Shown here: positions 59,281 to 60,000 of the stretch, one piece after another
Numbering within the stretch: the first letter of the stretch is position 1
Layout of the letters: every line of letters starts with the position of its first letter
From: Lytechinus pictus
Lineage: Eukaryota
Direction of reading: 5' to 3'
Assembly: GCF_037042905.1 (NCBI RefSeq)
Contig: NC_087252.1
Span: 11,658,001 to 11,718,000 of the forward strand
Length of the DNA stretch: 60,000 bases
The notes under the pieces: model-generated
The model's database searches: none
Seen by the model: only the letters and a program-made list of their open reading frames with translations
Told to the model about the DNA's origin: nothing
Made by a program: the position numbers and the translations under genes

Positions 59281-60000
59281 CTAAATGAGGAAACATACAC
59301 AGTGCAGTTTATTATACATAGGCTTTCATGCAGCCAGGAAATATTCTAAGACCATTTACTAAATGCTGCTTTAAAAAAAAATAGTATGTAAACTCGAAAA
59401 CCCTTCCAGCCTAGTTCTTATCCAGTCTTAAAAAAGTAATTATGTATATTTTCAAAGGATATTATATATGAAAATGATCTTGCATCAATTTCCTTGTCTC
59501 GATATCGTCTTTATGTTTTTAAAGTGAACTTGATATAAACAAAATCCTTGTTAAGCATAAACTTGTAACAGCATAATTCTAAATGATTGTCCAATTAAAG
59601 AAGAAAAATAAGATAAACTGAGTGACAGCGTTGCTCGATATCGTGTGAACCCGAAATTAAGACGAGAATCAAGTTCGTTGGTAACTGCTGCATGTTTTTA
59701 TCATATTTTGAAAGGGTGTGGTATATTTGTTTTTTATGGGTAGTAATTACCAATAAAGCAAAGTGAAATCAAAATAACATAAACCTGGCTGTTGGATAAT
59801 TTATGAATTAAAAGTGTATGACTTGATATTTTTATTTTTTACTGTATAGCCCAGGTGGTAATTTGAAAGTTAAATTCTTGTGATGTGATATTCTTCTTTT
59901 AAAAACAATATTTTTGAAAAGTGCTTACTTTTTGCAAACACTTCAAGTTGAACTGCTGCTCTTTCAAAGTAACCTAAACCGGTGAACTGGCACTGGTATG

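Overview
AT-rich, intron-rich animal genomic DNA. The repeat families and gene structures suggest an echinoderm such as a sea urchin (inference). Three spliced genes were reconstructed by hand with phase-consistent GT-AG junctions: (1) the last seven coding exons of protoporphyrinogen oxidase PPOX (+, 5611-11103; the 5' exon(s) lie before the window); (2) a complete 12-exon PROSER3-like gene (+, 16868-37586, about 939 aa); (3) a convergent Ig-superfamily type I membrane receptor (-, 52370-40397) with signal peptide, five intact Ig exons plus one damaged Ig exon, FN3, TM and a tail carrying ITIM/ITSM/YxN motifs. A frameshifted paralogous Ig exon lies at 58960-59280. The most unusual object is a 4.7-kb LTR-type element (479-5202), probably inside a PPOX intron. 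It has two identical 143-bp LTRs ending CG...CG instead of TG...CA, a 3-bp ATG target duplication, a Leu-type PBS, a PPT set 7 nt back from the LTR, and one intact 884-aa ORF with a Gag-like N-terminus and internal repeat arrays but no recognisable RT, RNase H or integrase core. The rest contains MITEs (TA, TTAA and 3-bp TSD types), tRNA-derived SINEs, a truncated LINE, a Penelope/hammerhead-like remnant and local duplications, some copying PPOX splice acceptors. All calls come from reading the sequence; no database searches were run.
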